This document shows positions 29,386-43,876 of a DNA stretch of 64,000 nucleotides, in pieces (within the stretch, counting starts at the first letter, position 1; each line of letters begins with the position of its first letter). The translations under genes were made by a program, and so were the position numbers. This DNA comes from Auanema rhodensis (lineage: Eukaryota > Animalia > Nematoda). The notes beneath the pieces were generated by a model that was not told where the DNA came from, ran no database searches, and worked only from the letters and a program-made list of their open reading frames with translations. The stretch lies in contig OZ059899.1 in the NCBI GenBank assembly GCA_964057225.1, positions 14,942,001-15,006,000 of the forward strand. Reading direction: 5' to 3'.

Positions 29386-31078
29386 ATGATCGAAAGGCTT
29401 CATTACTTCTCCTTTAAACGATTATTTTGGTTTGTAATTATCGCAAACTTTCTTATTAAATTTTTGCTTTTTCTTCTTATAGTCATAAAAACAAACGTAA
29501 ACAGCATGTATCCCAAGCTTCTTACATTGATCAAAAAGAACTGAACTTGAAACTATCAGCTTTGGCTAAGTTCGAAATTTTCTCTTTACTATTTCGTAAT
29601 CTTATTTATTCTAAGTGAACGTAGTAAGGAGATTGATCAATATCTGAAAAACACTTTCCGATCTTATAAAGCGGTTTTAAAACTTTTGTTATTAGGTTTG
29701 CCATTTTCAGACCTATATTTTTACAAAAACTTTGAGTTTAGGCAGTGCATCAAGTGGTAAAAGCACGATTTTCAAACAGATGCAGTACAATGTGCTCATA
29801 ATTAAAATTTTAAAAAATATTTCCTTTTAGAATAATGCATACAACTGGGTCTACCTTGTCGGGACGACAAGATTATTTCAAAAAAGTAATATGCAAGAAT
29901 ATTTTTGAAATTTTTTTCAAACTTCGATCCGCAGCTGTGCAACTTAATTTTTCTCTCGAATCAATCAATGTACATTGAAGTACTTTTCAACTTGATTATC
30001 ATATTCTTAGGATATCGTGGCTGCGATTTGCGATGAAAATCGGAGATTGAATACCGATTGTGATTCGGAATATCTCACTGCTAGAGTAGCGGCATTTCTT
30101 AAGAAATTCTGGGAATCAGACGTAATACAATTGACTTATTTACAAAGATACAAAGTGGATTTGCCTGATTCTACAAAATAGTAAGTCAATAATAAGAAAT
30201 CTCGTATTAAATATATTGAAGTATTTTCTATTTATTTAGTTTTATGGAAAATCTAGAGAGAATAGGTCAATTTGAGTACATACCGAATTTTGAAGATATT
30301 TTACGTGTCAGAGAAGTAATTCATCTTACTCGTACTGCTGTTTATAACATTGATAAGATACAGTTTTGGTAATCCCCGACAGGAAATCACAAATTTCAAC
30401 ACTTTTTACAAGTTCTCTCATTCTTTTTAGCGTAGTTGACGTGGGTTATCACAGTTCATTACGGAAAAAATGGTCACACATCTTCGACGATGCAGCTGTT
30501 ATATTATATGTAGTAGATTTATTGGAATGCGTCGGGACACAAGATAGAACTGACGTAAATCATGAAAACTAATTGAAATACTTATTGACAAACATCGAAT
30601 TGTTGTCGGCAATTCGCATATGAATGAATTTGCTTCTTTGTCCTCGATTATCAGCATTGTTTTGCAGATTTTTGACATGAAACTGTCAGTAAACCTGTTC
30701 TCAGAAATAGCCACAAACCGACTGCTCATGAACTCTGTATTTATGCTCTTCTTAAACAAATGCGATATATTCCAAGATTTTATTGAGTCTTCCACCATTA
30801 GCGAAGGTACAATATATTACCATATACATTATACTGCTTTAATTTCACAATAGAACCTGTAATAGTTGATTGTGCACTTTTAAAAATTCGCAACGATTTC
30901 CTTCAAGCAGTGAAGCATCAAAGAAAATTGTATTGTCACAATATAATAGCTATTCGAACGGATAATATCCGGGTTTATACTTTCGTTTTAAACATCATAT
31001 ATATGATTTTTTTAGAGCATGTTTGATTCTAGTCTAACAAATATAATGCGCAAGAGATCTAGATTTACGCTTCTATGA
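29386..31078 (+). CDS. Highly divergent heterotrimeric G-protein alpha subunit (about 375 aa, 10 introns), catalytic motifs altered
   Basis: All phases join: MIERLHYFSFKRLFC|HKNKRK..LAN|ERSKEIDQYLK..LKLLLLG|SASSGKSTIFKQMQ|IMH..|..FWESDVIQ..LPDSTKY|FMENLERI..YIPNFEDILRVREVI..|VVDVGYHSSLRKKWSHIFDD..|..FMLFLNKCDIF..|..LYCHNIIAIRTDNIR|SMFDSSLTNIMRKRSRFTLL stop. Confidence 0.88.
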
Positions 31079-32449
31079 TGTAATATATCCAGCAAATTTT
31101 CAATTTTCAAGTCACACTGCTTATTAAAACATGTATCATTCCTATTTAGTATAACATATATACGTTCAACATTTAATAATAATAAAAAGTTGAGTGAATA
31201 GATTAGAAAACCGGCTATCAATGGTTTGTTTATATACTGAGACCAGCTGCCACAGCTAATCTAAACGTATCATCTCGTTTATATTTTTAATAATTTCAAA
31301 AAGCTCACATATCTCTTTACGGAATTAAAACATCTCATTTTTCACTTATATCAAATGATAAAAAACAATTCCGCAGATTTCTTAATATAGAGAAGATTAC
31401 AAGATACTTTCGATTGACTACTGGGCGTCTTTTCTGTGTAAAGTGTGCATGTTTGTGCCAATCATATAACGGCAGCATTATATTGGCCTCATCGATATAA
31501 GTATATATACAAGGCGTTTTTCATTATTTTTATCTCATTTTACATATTATTTTGTAATTTTAATTAAAATTGATCTAATAAATTGCATATTATTCATAAA
31601 TTTAATTATTATAACGCATGAATATAATATTGTATTATTTGAAACTTTATTAACCAAACATGTTATAAATAATTAAATTTTTGAGCAAAACTACGTGATA
31701 TGTTAAAGCTTTTATTTCAATTATAAAAATTGAGCTAGAAACATCCATCCCTTGTTCACTCTCTCGAAAAATGGTCTCATATGGATGTTGGTGTTGAAAC
31801 ATGAATGAGGAATCTGTCCCTATGCGTCAGTGGGGGGGGGTGTGCTATTGCTCAGCTTTTCGTTGGTTGTTGCTGCTCTTTTGTTATTTCCAGATATAGA
31901 TTTTAGAATCACTGTTCAGAGCATCGGGACCGGTCAGCGAACAGTTGAAGCTCGTTTGAGTGTTTATTATGTCGGCGGATAGGGGCGGGCAATGCTAGGT
32001 GTGCTGCTGCATGGCCTATGCGCAGTCATCATAAGAATTCTAGGGCAAGGAACGCATTCGTTACGGCCCCGATTTGTTTCCCTTCAATCGATTCACTAGC
32101 TCTCCGTGTCATATTTCGTCCGTTTTTCTAACTGTTTTAGAATATTTTTCTGAGCTACTGATTCATTCTTGATATCATTACTATTGATCGGTATTCTCTA
32201 TTTGTCCAATTCCTCTTATCTGTTCTCTCTTGAATGCATTAAATTCGTTGTATTTCAATATTTTTCTTACTGGCTTTGTCTATACCATCAGTAAAGTAGT
32301 TCTAAAATAGCTACGTGTTCTTATTGAATAACCATTATCTATGTCACAGATTTCATTTTCATTTGTGATGTTTCGTTACACGGTTGCTTTTTTTTCTACA
32401 TTGCCTGTAATGTTTTTATTATATTTTTCTTGTTTCCAGGCAATTCTTG

Positions 32450-34700
32450 ATGAAACATTTGTGGATATTTTTGGCCTTAAGTAGTCTAGTGATAGGGCAA
32501 TTTGACGATTCTAGACCATGCTTCTGTAAAGTGGGTGAAGTAGTGGAGCCTTGTGAGTGCACAACCAGTAGTATTGACAAAATCAATAATGAACATGTCT
32601 TTGATCAGTTGCATGCTTTGCTTAAAAAGGATTTTTTTAGGTTTTATAAGGTAATAATTTTCTGATGATATTTTTTACACTATGTATTCAGGTAAATATG
32701 GACAAAACTTGTCCTTTCTGGCCCGATGAGCGTCAATGTGGCACACAACAGTGCGGCATCGCGTTTTGTGATGACGAGGTTCCTCCCGGCTTGCGTCGTC
32801 CTGCTACCGTTACGGTGCGTCTGCCAAGGGTTTCCGTGGCAGCTCATCATAATCAAACCGCCGTCACGGTGGAAACGACATCTGTAATTCAGGAGGGTTG
32901 CATTGCCAAAGAGGAAAGTAATTCCTTTGATCCAATGGACCGTACCCTGAAAGAGAGTGAGCGCGAGCAACTAAAAGATATGGATATCTATGACGATCTG
33001 AGCGATAAATTCTGTGAAATCGAAGGTTAGTTTTTTCTATCCCGACTATAGTTGAAACATGTAGCTTTTAAATAATTCTATTTATTCAAAACACTCACAT
33101 TCTATCACAAAATTAGCTCATTTTAACAATTATTATTTGCGCAGCTGTAAATTATAATGCGTACACGAGCGCTTACAAAGTCTAACTTTTCCAATTTATT
33201 TGTTTTCAGATGAAGATTCCACAGATGTACACTATGTTGATCTGTCAAAGAATCCCGAAAGGTATACCGGTTATAAGGGTAACTCGGCTTTGAGAGTTTG
33301 GCAGAGTATTTATCAGGAAAACTGTTTCAAGTAAGCTTTGACATCAATCACACTGATTGAACCATAATATTACAGACCTGATATGAAATTCGACAAAAAG
33401 TTTTTAACCAATCCAAATAACTTCGGTAGGTTCTACTAATTTATTTCTCACATTTTGTTAACTTTTTTTGTTATAATAAGTTGCACTACCCAACTAACAA
33501 TCTAATCCATATCTCATTTAGAAGGTATGTTGGTTTTCGTATCAATGCAAGGTGTTGGGTAAAGTTCTCTCTGTTGCACGTTTTTACACTATTCTTGTCG
33601 TGTTTCTATTAGAAAAAAAAAGAAAAAAATTAATTCCGTGTGGTTTTCCCCGATTTTCCTTTTTGCTTTCTTGAGGATTTTATTTCGATTCTTAGGTCTC
33701 TGCTTGGAAAAGAGAGTTTTCTATAGACTCATTTCTGGTTTACATTCTGCTATCACAATTTCAATAGCCGCATATAACTTTAAAGAAGGTTAATATAGTT
33801 GGTCACAAAAAGTGTTCTTAACTATTTTGTTTTAGCACCAGGAGGTTTTGGCCCTGGAACTTGGTTTAGAAATACAGAGATGTTCGCCGGTCGTTTTGGT
33901 ACCAAATGGAGCTGGGAAGGTCCACAGCGGTATTATTTGATTTTTTGAACTTGTTTAATTTTTCAAATTCAGTCTTCGTAATGTATACTTCGTCTATTTG
34001 ATGGAACTTCGAGCATTGATTAAAGCTGCTCCCTATTTGAAAAAGGAACTCTTCTATACAGGAAATGATAAAGTAAAATAATAACACTTTCTTTTTCTCA
34101 TATTACAATCATTACAGGAAGATTCTGAAACTAGGGCTGCTATTGAACAATTGCTTGATGTCCTTCGTTCAATACCCTCTTCTTTCGATGAACATGAAAT
34201 GTTTACGGTAAAACTTGATTTTCTTTTTTTTATTTTGAATATAAATATTCTCTTTTTAGGGAGTTGAAGCTCAAGCAAGAGAACTCAGGGAAGAATTCCG
34301 TTCTCATTTCCATAATATTTCCCGTATTATGGATTGTGTAGAATGTGACAAATGTCGATTATGGGGAAAAGTTAGAACTCGAAAACAAAAAAAACAAAAA
34401 AACTTATACATGTTATATTTTCAGGTGCAAACGCACGGAATGGGTACAGCTTTAAAAATCCTTTTCTCTGATCTACCGCATTCACTTTATCATGGTAGCG
34501 AAAACTCTGAACTTAAAGCGGCAGCTCCATTCCAACTTACTAGGTATAGTGCTCACCAGTTAATTTGGAATCTAAATTGAATTAATTGTAGAAATGAAGT
34601 CGTTGCTCTGTTCCAAAGTTTCGGACGTTATTCATCAAGCATTCGGGAAATTCATGAATTCAGGAAAGATATGGTGCCTTTTATCAAGAACGAGCTTTAA
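32450..34700 (+). CDS. ero-1: ER oxidoreductin 1 (ERO1)
   Basis: Signal peptide then CFCK; DFFRFYK|[21 protein letters not shown] (shuttle cysteines); [14 protein letters not shown]; [10 protein letters not shown]; [17 protein letters not shown]; [19 protein letters not shown]|[14 protein letters not shown] (CxxCxxC active site); ends FIKNEL stop. Confidence 0.97.
33522..33524 (+). other. Candidate 3-nt microexon (AAG) in ero-1
   Basis: ctcatttag|AAG|gtatgt inside an unusually long 270-nt intron; inclusion changes F-G-L-C to F-E-G-L-C, matching the ERO1 EGLCxEKR motif. Confidence 0.65.
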
Positions 34701-35493
34701 GTCATTTTTTTGTTTACTTTTCCGTTTTTTTCGCTTGTTGTGCTTTTCCAAATTTCTATCTTCACTCCTTTACATCCGCACGTGGTAGTTTAGCGTAGGC
34801 ATATTTTCTTGTGATATTCATATCTATTTTTATTGAGTGTCTAAAGTTCGAGGAGTGAGCCCTTTCTATTATGGGTTTTCTTCTTTTTAATCGGCCTATT
34901 TAAGCCGACTTCTGTGATTTTATATGTACATAGCCGAAATCGTTAATTCAAGTATATCTTTGATATGTGCAATTTAAAATTAATAATAATAAATATTTAT
35001 TTTATATCTGTTGTCCTTGAATTACTGAAATTAGGGTTGAGAGGTGGATGGCCCATGCATGCACGTCGTTTACAAAAACGCTGTGGCCATATTGCATGTC
35101 TACAAGCTGAGGGCCCACCGGAATAACTTAACCTCAACTAAGTTCTAATTAAGCTAATATTAATTATGAAACAGCAGACCTGAGCTGGAAGAATCTTATC
35201 AGCAATTTATTAGTTTTTAAAACTGTCAACATAAAACTCTGTTAAAATACAGTGGTGCTCTTCAAACCAAGCTAACTATTCAAATCCTTAAATCCTTACT
35301 GATTATTCCATATAAATTCATCTTTTCATATTATTATTGCTATCTTTTTACATTTCTTCTTAAAACATAATGAATATATGACATTTTGTTCTTACCCCGC
35401 CAGTTTTTTATCAAACTCGTGATATGTTGCTTCCACATTATGCACATTCTGTTGAATTAGCAACAACATTAAGTCATAATTTTTAGAATTTTC

Positions 35494-36575
35494 ATGGATC
35501 CTCCTCCACAATATTATGAAACAAATGACACTGCGAGACAAAGATCATCGACAAATCCTAATATGAAACCCGAGGATGGCGGTGGAATGCAATTCGGGGA
35601 TATGCAATCTCAACTTGGAAAAATGGTATCACATTTGAAATTACAATCACAGAATAAGTATTGAGTATCATGTTGAGGTCTGGGAAGCTGGAACTAAACA
35701 AGTACAAGACACTTTTAAATCTTACGGGCGAATTGACTTGTTCAGACCCTATTTTGATGTTGAACCTGTTGAGGTTTCATAGTAGCTTTTTGGGGTTTAA
35801 TCTGAATGTCTTAATTAGGTTCGATCACGTTTAATTCGTTCATTCATACCAAGAAAACCATCACAAATGGCTACAGTTCCTGATTTATATGGGCCTTCCA
35901 TGATTGTTTTAACTATGGCAGCATTATTGTTATTCAGTATGAAGTATAGTGGGTAAGTAAGCTAACTTGATAACATGAGAAGATTTGCTGCAAATTTAGA
36001 TATGTTGTTCCTAATGGGACCCTGATGGGAACCTCGTTATTTGTTTGTTTCGGCTCTTGGCTTGGAATTTCAGGAGCCCTTTACCTTCTATGTTTTCTTA
36101 TGAATGCGGAAATTCCTATGTTAAAGCTGGTTTCAGTATTTGTGAGTAGTATCTTTCTGTTCACTATTTCAAGTTTAATTTCAGGGGTATTCCCTTACTT
36201 CTCAATGTGTTGTTCTTTTTCTAAGTTCTATTTATCATCCTGTTCATGACCATATTTATTTCTTCGTTTTGGTTATTTTACTCTGTGTTCCTAGTGCTAT
36301 TCGTATGGTAAGTTCAACATAATTCTCTTACTTATATACTTTGTTGATTTTCTTTAGAGTTTGTTAGTATGCATGCATGCCAGGGTTCCTACAAATCGTT
36401 TTATATTAGCTGGAGCTGCATTCGCTTTACATTTTCTTTTGATAACATATTTACATTTTGGCTTTCATGTCATGGTTGAAGGTGAGACCTTTAACAAAAA
36501 ATAATATTATTGAGTTATGTTTCAGAATTGGATCAAATTATTGAAGGTGTTGGGCCAGAGAAACAAAATCCATAA
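35494..36575 (+). CDS. YIPF3: Yip1-domain Golgi membrane protein, YIPF3-like
   Basis: VWEAGTKQ..YGRIDLFRPYFDVEPVE|VRSRLIRSFIP..DLYGPSMIVLT..GTLMGTSLFVCFGSWLG..|GYSL..YLHFGFH; matches remembered YIPF3 motifs (IDILRPYFDVEP, ELYGP, GTLMGT); 6 short introns. Confidence 0.9.
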
Positions 36576-36744
36576 TTATTATAGAATATTGTGATAAATA
36601 TTATACGGGGGTGTCATAATTTTATAAATTTTTATTTATATAAATATAAACATATATATTCGTCCTATATAAAATCGTTATCTCGATTTTGAAATATCTT
36701 AATTTGCATTTTTTCATTTTTTTCTCAATTGAAGTTTGTAGCCA

Positions 36745-39036
<2,292 letters not shown>

Positions 39037-39197
39037 TAATAAGGATGATGATAGATTGTTATGTTTTCATGTTGTTAATATTTTATATGATTTATACAGT
39101 ATTTTCATATTTTTAGCAGTATTATGAGGTTTTTTAACCCATTTCTTATCTTTTACATTTTTTCTTTGATGGTTTTACGTACTCTATCTTCAGCACA

Positions 39198-41286
39198 ATG
39201 TCATTGAATTGCCACTTGTGCCCTTTTATGGGGTACACAAGAGATGTTACTGCATTTGTGGATGAATCTCGAAATTTTTGTTATATAGATAGATGCTCTT
39301 CATCGTTTACTAACCCCCAGGCGTTGTGGGAACATATACATTTGAAACACAGAGCGTGAGTAAAGAACCCTGTAATCTAGTTTTAACTGTTCGATTTTAG
39401 AGTAAAATGTGCCCACTGCGGAAAAATCGTTTTAAATTTGCTCCCTACAAGTGGAGATTTGAATGTTGTAACATCAGTTAATAATCTTGCAAAAGTAATT
39501 TTATTTTTAATGGGAAATTGAATTATCAAACTGACCTAATTTTAGAATATTCAAAATAAAAAAAGAAAGTTTAATGCTACTGCTGGACCATCTACTTCAT
39601 CGAGTTCCATTACAGCAGCTTTCAATACAGCAGTTGGATCATCTACTCAACCTGAAGGTAAGTTAAAAATATCAAATATCTTTGAATATATTATGTTAAC
39701 TTGATTTTTTTAAAATATAATTTTTCTTATAGCTCCTAAAAAGTTAAGGAGATTCCATGATTTACTATTGGAGGGTCACAAAATTTGGGAATTCGCCACA
39801 TATGAACAACTCAAAGCATATTTAAGTGGAAGAAGTGACGATAGCATAATTGCTCTTTTAGTTAGGTATGTTTATATACATTTGGAATTAAAATAAATTT
39901 TTTATATTAGATCGGAACTTCTCGTCTCTAAAAGATCATGCAACAAATGTGGAAATCCAATGAAGCTGAGGTCTCGCTTAGGGTCATATGTGAAAAATAA
40001 TCCCACAGTAGAAGTATTTAAAATATTTCTTGTTTATTTACTGAGATATATTGTGATTTAGTGGAGATGCCGTAATAATACTAATGGCAAGAAAAGAGAT
40101 TGCTCCACACAGTCTTGTAGAAATGGATCATTTTTTGCTTCATCGAACAGTAGTTTGCAAAATCAAGTTGAAACGTTATTTCAGTGGAAAGGTGTTGTTT
40201 AAATGTTTCTTTATTAATTCTATTTTTAAATTTTAGATAACTTCATCACACTTGATGGCTCTCTGGTTAGCTTCTCCAGCAGTCCGCTTGTTAAGCAATT
40301 TTCTGATGTCTGGATCAAATTCCTCGACAAGTCAGACAGACCCAATGATCAACTGAGCATGTTTGTTGATTTTGTAACTTTCCCTGCTCCTCAGCCTGCG
40401 AATGATGAGCATATTGTTTTACTTACTGAACGAAAGTTCAATGGAAGAGCTGCTGCAAGGGTAATTCCTATAATAGCGTTTACCATTTGCATTCTAATTA
40501 TTAAGATTGTTCATGGAGATCCTCGATCGTATCCCCAACTTACTCAATTTATCACCGAAAGTGTTGCTGCTGGATCTATTTTGATTTTTGAAGATAGTCA
40601 AGGCTATTTTGCTTCCGAATTTCCAGGTTGGAGAACAACAACAGCTTCAACCTTGAACAGTCCACAGTTTCAGTAAGTTTGTTTCAAGTTACATTTTCCT
40701 CGTGAACCAAAAACTCATTTTGAAAAGTTGTTGCAACCGATTTCGTGTGCTTACACATTTAAAATAAAGCCCACTACGGCGCATGACACGCTCATTTTCG
40801 CGAGCCGGTCAGATTTCAAACTTGCCACCGTATATATCCTTTTACATATTTCATTAATATATTAAAGAAAATCTTTTTATTTAGGCAAACAAGTGGGGAA
40901 ATGATTCAGTCATGCAGTTCTCCATGTCGTTATATCATAACTACTCTACTGAACACTCCATACAGATGTCCAATGTCTGAGATAGTTCAAGAGTCGATAA
41001 TCAAGTACGATTACCTATATCATTGATCTCTCTTATCAATATACTCAACCTAGGTTCAACAACCGTGAAGATCTCCCTAAATTATTCTGGAAATTGCTAT
41101 CAGTTGACGGAAATGTATATTTTACCAAACCACGAAAGATGTAAGTTTCTTTTTTTCGAATTGAAATTGTTTTTGTTGCTTTTTTCCAGAAAACACGATA
41201 ATGCTCCTAATTCATCTCAAGTATCTCAAAGTTCATCAGTGTTAAATACATTTTTGGCTTTCCATGGATTAAAAAATAATCTCTAA
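39198..41286 (+). CDS. Zinc finger fused to a degenerate Merlin/IS1595 (ISXO2-like) transposase domain; probable domesticated transposase (about 475 aa, 10 introns)
   Basis: Intact spliced ORF. N-term CHLC..CYIDRC-x12-HIHLKH..CAHC; CNKCGNPMKL..WRC..C.TQSCRNGSFFASS (Merlin-type zinc ribbon); MFVDF; LTQFITESVAAGSILIFEDSQGY; TSGEMIQSCSS; IVQESIIKFN..LFWKLL. The CDS is well supported; the family call is by motif recall. Confidence 0.75.
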
Positions 41287-41560
41287 TAACATAAGAATAA
41301 TATTTATATACATATTTTCCTTTTTATAATTATTTTAAAATTTGATGCTAATATACGTAAAGCTAATATTTATATTTTCAGCTTGTAATTATGTATGTAA
41401 TGATTTTTACGATAATTTTTCATCTATTGTACGGGTTGTAAATAGAACTGGGGCCTTTTTATTCTTTTTATTTATTCTTTTTATGATTATGGTTCAGCAT
41501 ACCATATTTCATATATTTCGAAAACAGTTTATTTACTTATTTTTTAATAGTTCGATATAG

Positions 41561-43876
41561 ATGTTCAAAGCGGAAGAAGAGCAGGATATAGGGTTCTTAC
41601 AGTATGAGCATGTTGTGAATTCGGGTAACCTAGAGGTTTATGACCAAGTTATAGAAGAAAGCTCATTCTTTCTCTTTAGGTAGTTGGAGAGACTTTAGTA
41701 GATGTGGATCAGGTAGAAGGTGTCATCGGTGACTCAGGGTATAATTATGTGGATATTAAAGTATTTAAAAAATTTTATTTTGAGTAAGCTTATTTTATTT
41801 TCAGGAGAGTGAACCTGTTTTCTTGAATACAATGCAGAAAAGAAAATATAGGATGAGGTCAAGACCTCAGGCGGCTACTTACTATTGTACCATATGTAAT
41901 AAGCACTTACGATATCCTTCTAAAATTCGTGAGCACATGAGGAAACATACAGGTGAAAAGCCGTTTGCATGCCACATTTGTAGTGCTAGGTTTTCTCAAG
42001 CTCATGTACTGAAGGTATGCCAATTGCTCATCTGTTATATTTGTTAAAAATAATTTTGTAGGATCATCTGAGATCACATCAAGGCGAAAAGCCATTTAAA
42101 TGCTCCTTCTGTGACAGGTGTTTTGTTTCGATTGGTCATAAAAACTTACACGAAAAGGTAAGAAAAGTGCTCCAATGATTTTATTTTTCATTTATTTTGT
42201 AGAGTCATTTCCGTAGACCAAATGCTGAAGCTAGTTCGTCAGAACCTCCTGCCGACGGGAATGTGATTGGCCAAGTTTACATGTGTCCCGTCGAGAATTG
42301 TGGTTTTCAAAACAATATTGGTCAAGTGGTAATCTTGATAACACCAAAAGTTTTCTAATATCGATTTCGATCAGGTTGATGAACATATCAGTATGATGCA
42401 TTGTGGTGACACCGAATGGGCCGATGAATACATAGATGCCGAATATGAGTGTGAACAGCCAATACAACAAGAACTCATCCAAGATGAAGAATATCAGTAT
42501 TATGGCTATGATATGAAGCAAATCCCAGAAAATGTGTCTGACAATAACCAAGAGTACGATAATTCATATTTCTGCCAAGAAGCTGTACCTCCTCCAACTG
42601 AAGAAGTTGAAGTTTGATATCATGTTTTGAGAAGAGTTTTATTGAATTCTCTTAGGTAGAGACATCTTCTAATATGATGAAGCAAGAGCCTGAGGATTCA
42701 GTTGACTCTGTGGATTCGGTTGAATATGCCATGGAAGGGTAAGCATTCATTGACTTAATCATATAATATAGCTTTTGTAGTCCATCTACATATGAAGAGT
42801 GTGCTATAATACCTGGCTCTGAAAGAGACGAAGAAATTATGTTCGAAGGTGAAGAAAGAGTCCGCGTTTGGATTGATCCACATCCTCCAAGGAAAGGACG
42901 GCAACATCCCGGTACAAGTGGAGACATCCCAGTTGGTTTTTAGATAATTTCTTCTATCTACGCTTATTCTTGTAGGCTATGGAAGAAGTAGTAGTAGATG
43001 CCCGAGTATTAGAAATGGTAGCCCCCAAGCGCTATCCTCCCTATTCTAACCGGAATTCACGAGCCAAAAAACCAGCTCGGAACCTGGATTGGATCATTGA
43101 TGCAGTCGCGAAGGTGTGCCAACTTCTTGTTTTTTAATATTCTTGGGAAATTGTTTTGATGCGAGAACTAAAATAGCTGTTCCAGGGACATGATGTAGAT
43201 CTTGCGTCACCACATAACAGAAGGAAACCCAAAATTCATGTCTGCTTATATTGTGGAAAAACAGATAAATATCCTAGTAAAATTTTAGTAAGTCATTCCA
43301 TCAGTTTGACTAGATTATTGGCCAATCCTTCAGGCACATCAGAGAACTCATACCGGAGAAAAGCCTTATACTTGTGATATTTGTGGAATGGCATTTGCTC
43401 AAAGAACTCCACTTAGGTTACATATTAGACGTCATCTGAATCAGAAACCGTGAGAATATTGTACAAAGACTTTGAGATTCAACAATGATATTTATAGATA
43501 TGTATGCTCATTCGAAGGTTGTACAGAAGAATTTGTTTCTGGAGCCCTCTTAAATTTACATATGGAGAGAAAACATTTAAAAAGAAGGAAATACGTTTGT
43601 ATTAAAGGATGTGGTCGTTTCTTTGCCAGTGCTCGTAATCAAAGATATCATGAAGAGAGGTGCTTATATAGTAAAGATATGGAGCCAATGTATCCTGATA
43701 TAGTATATGAAAGTCAATCTAGTGTAAGTTTAGGTTTTCTTTGAGAGTTATCAAAGTTATTTTCTTTGTTTAAGGTTGAAAGGCCAAATGTTGGCTACGT
43801 TATGGATGGTTTAGTCATGACAGATAATGAAGTTGATACAGTTTCAGAACAAGTGGAAGGAGAATATTTTGATTGA
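41561..43876 (+). CDS. C2H2 zinc-finger protein B, paralogue of protein A
   Basis: [32 protein letters not shown]..; acidic linker; [12 protein letters not shown]|G; [15 protein letters not shown]|[30 protein letters not shown]; CSFEGC; CIKGC; ends EYFD stop. Confidence 0.9.

Noticed and set aside
29506-29544. ATG at 29506 as the G-alpha start, implying a pseudogene
   Set aside because: That frame stops after 12 codons; the upstream exon at 29386 joins in phase and gives an intact ORF.
32680-32970. Minus-strand ORFs overlapping ero-1, the ZnF genes and the HAD gene
   Set aside because: Antisense shadows of real coding exons.
39198-41286. Active Merlin transposon
   Set aside because: No TIRs or TSD seen, 10 introns, degenerate catalytic motifs, tight spacing to neighbouring genes.
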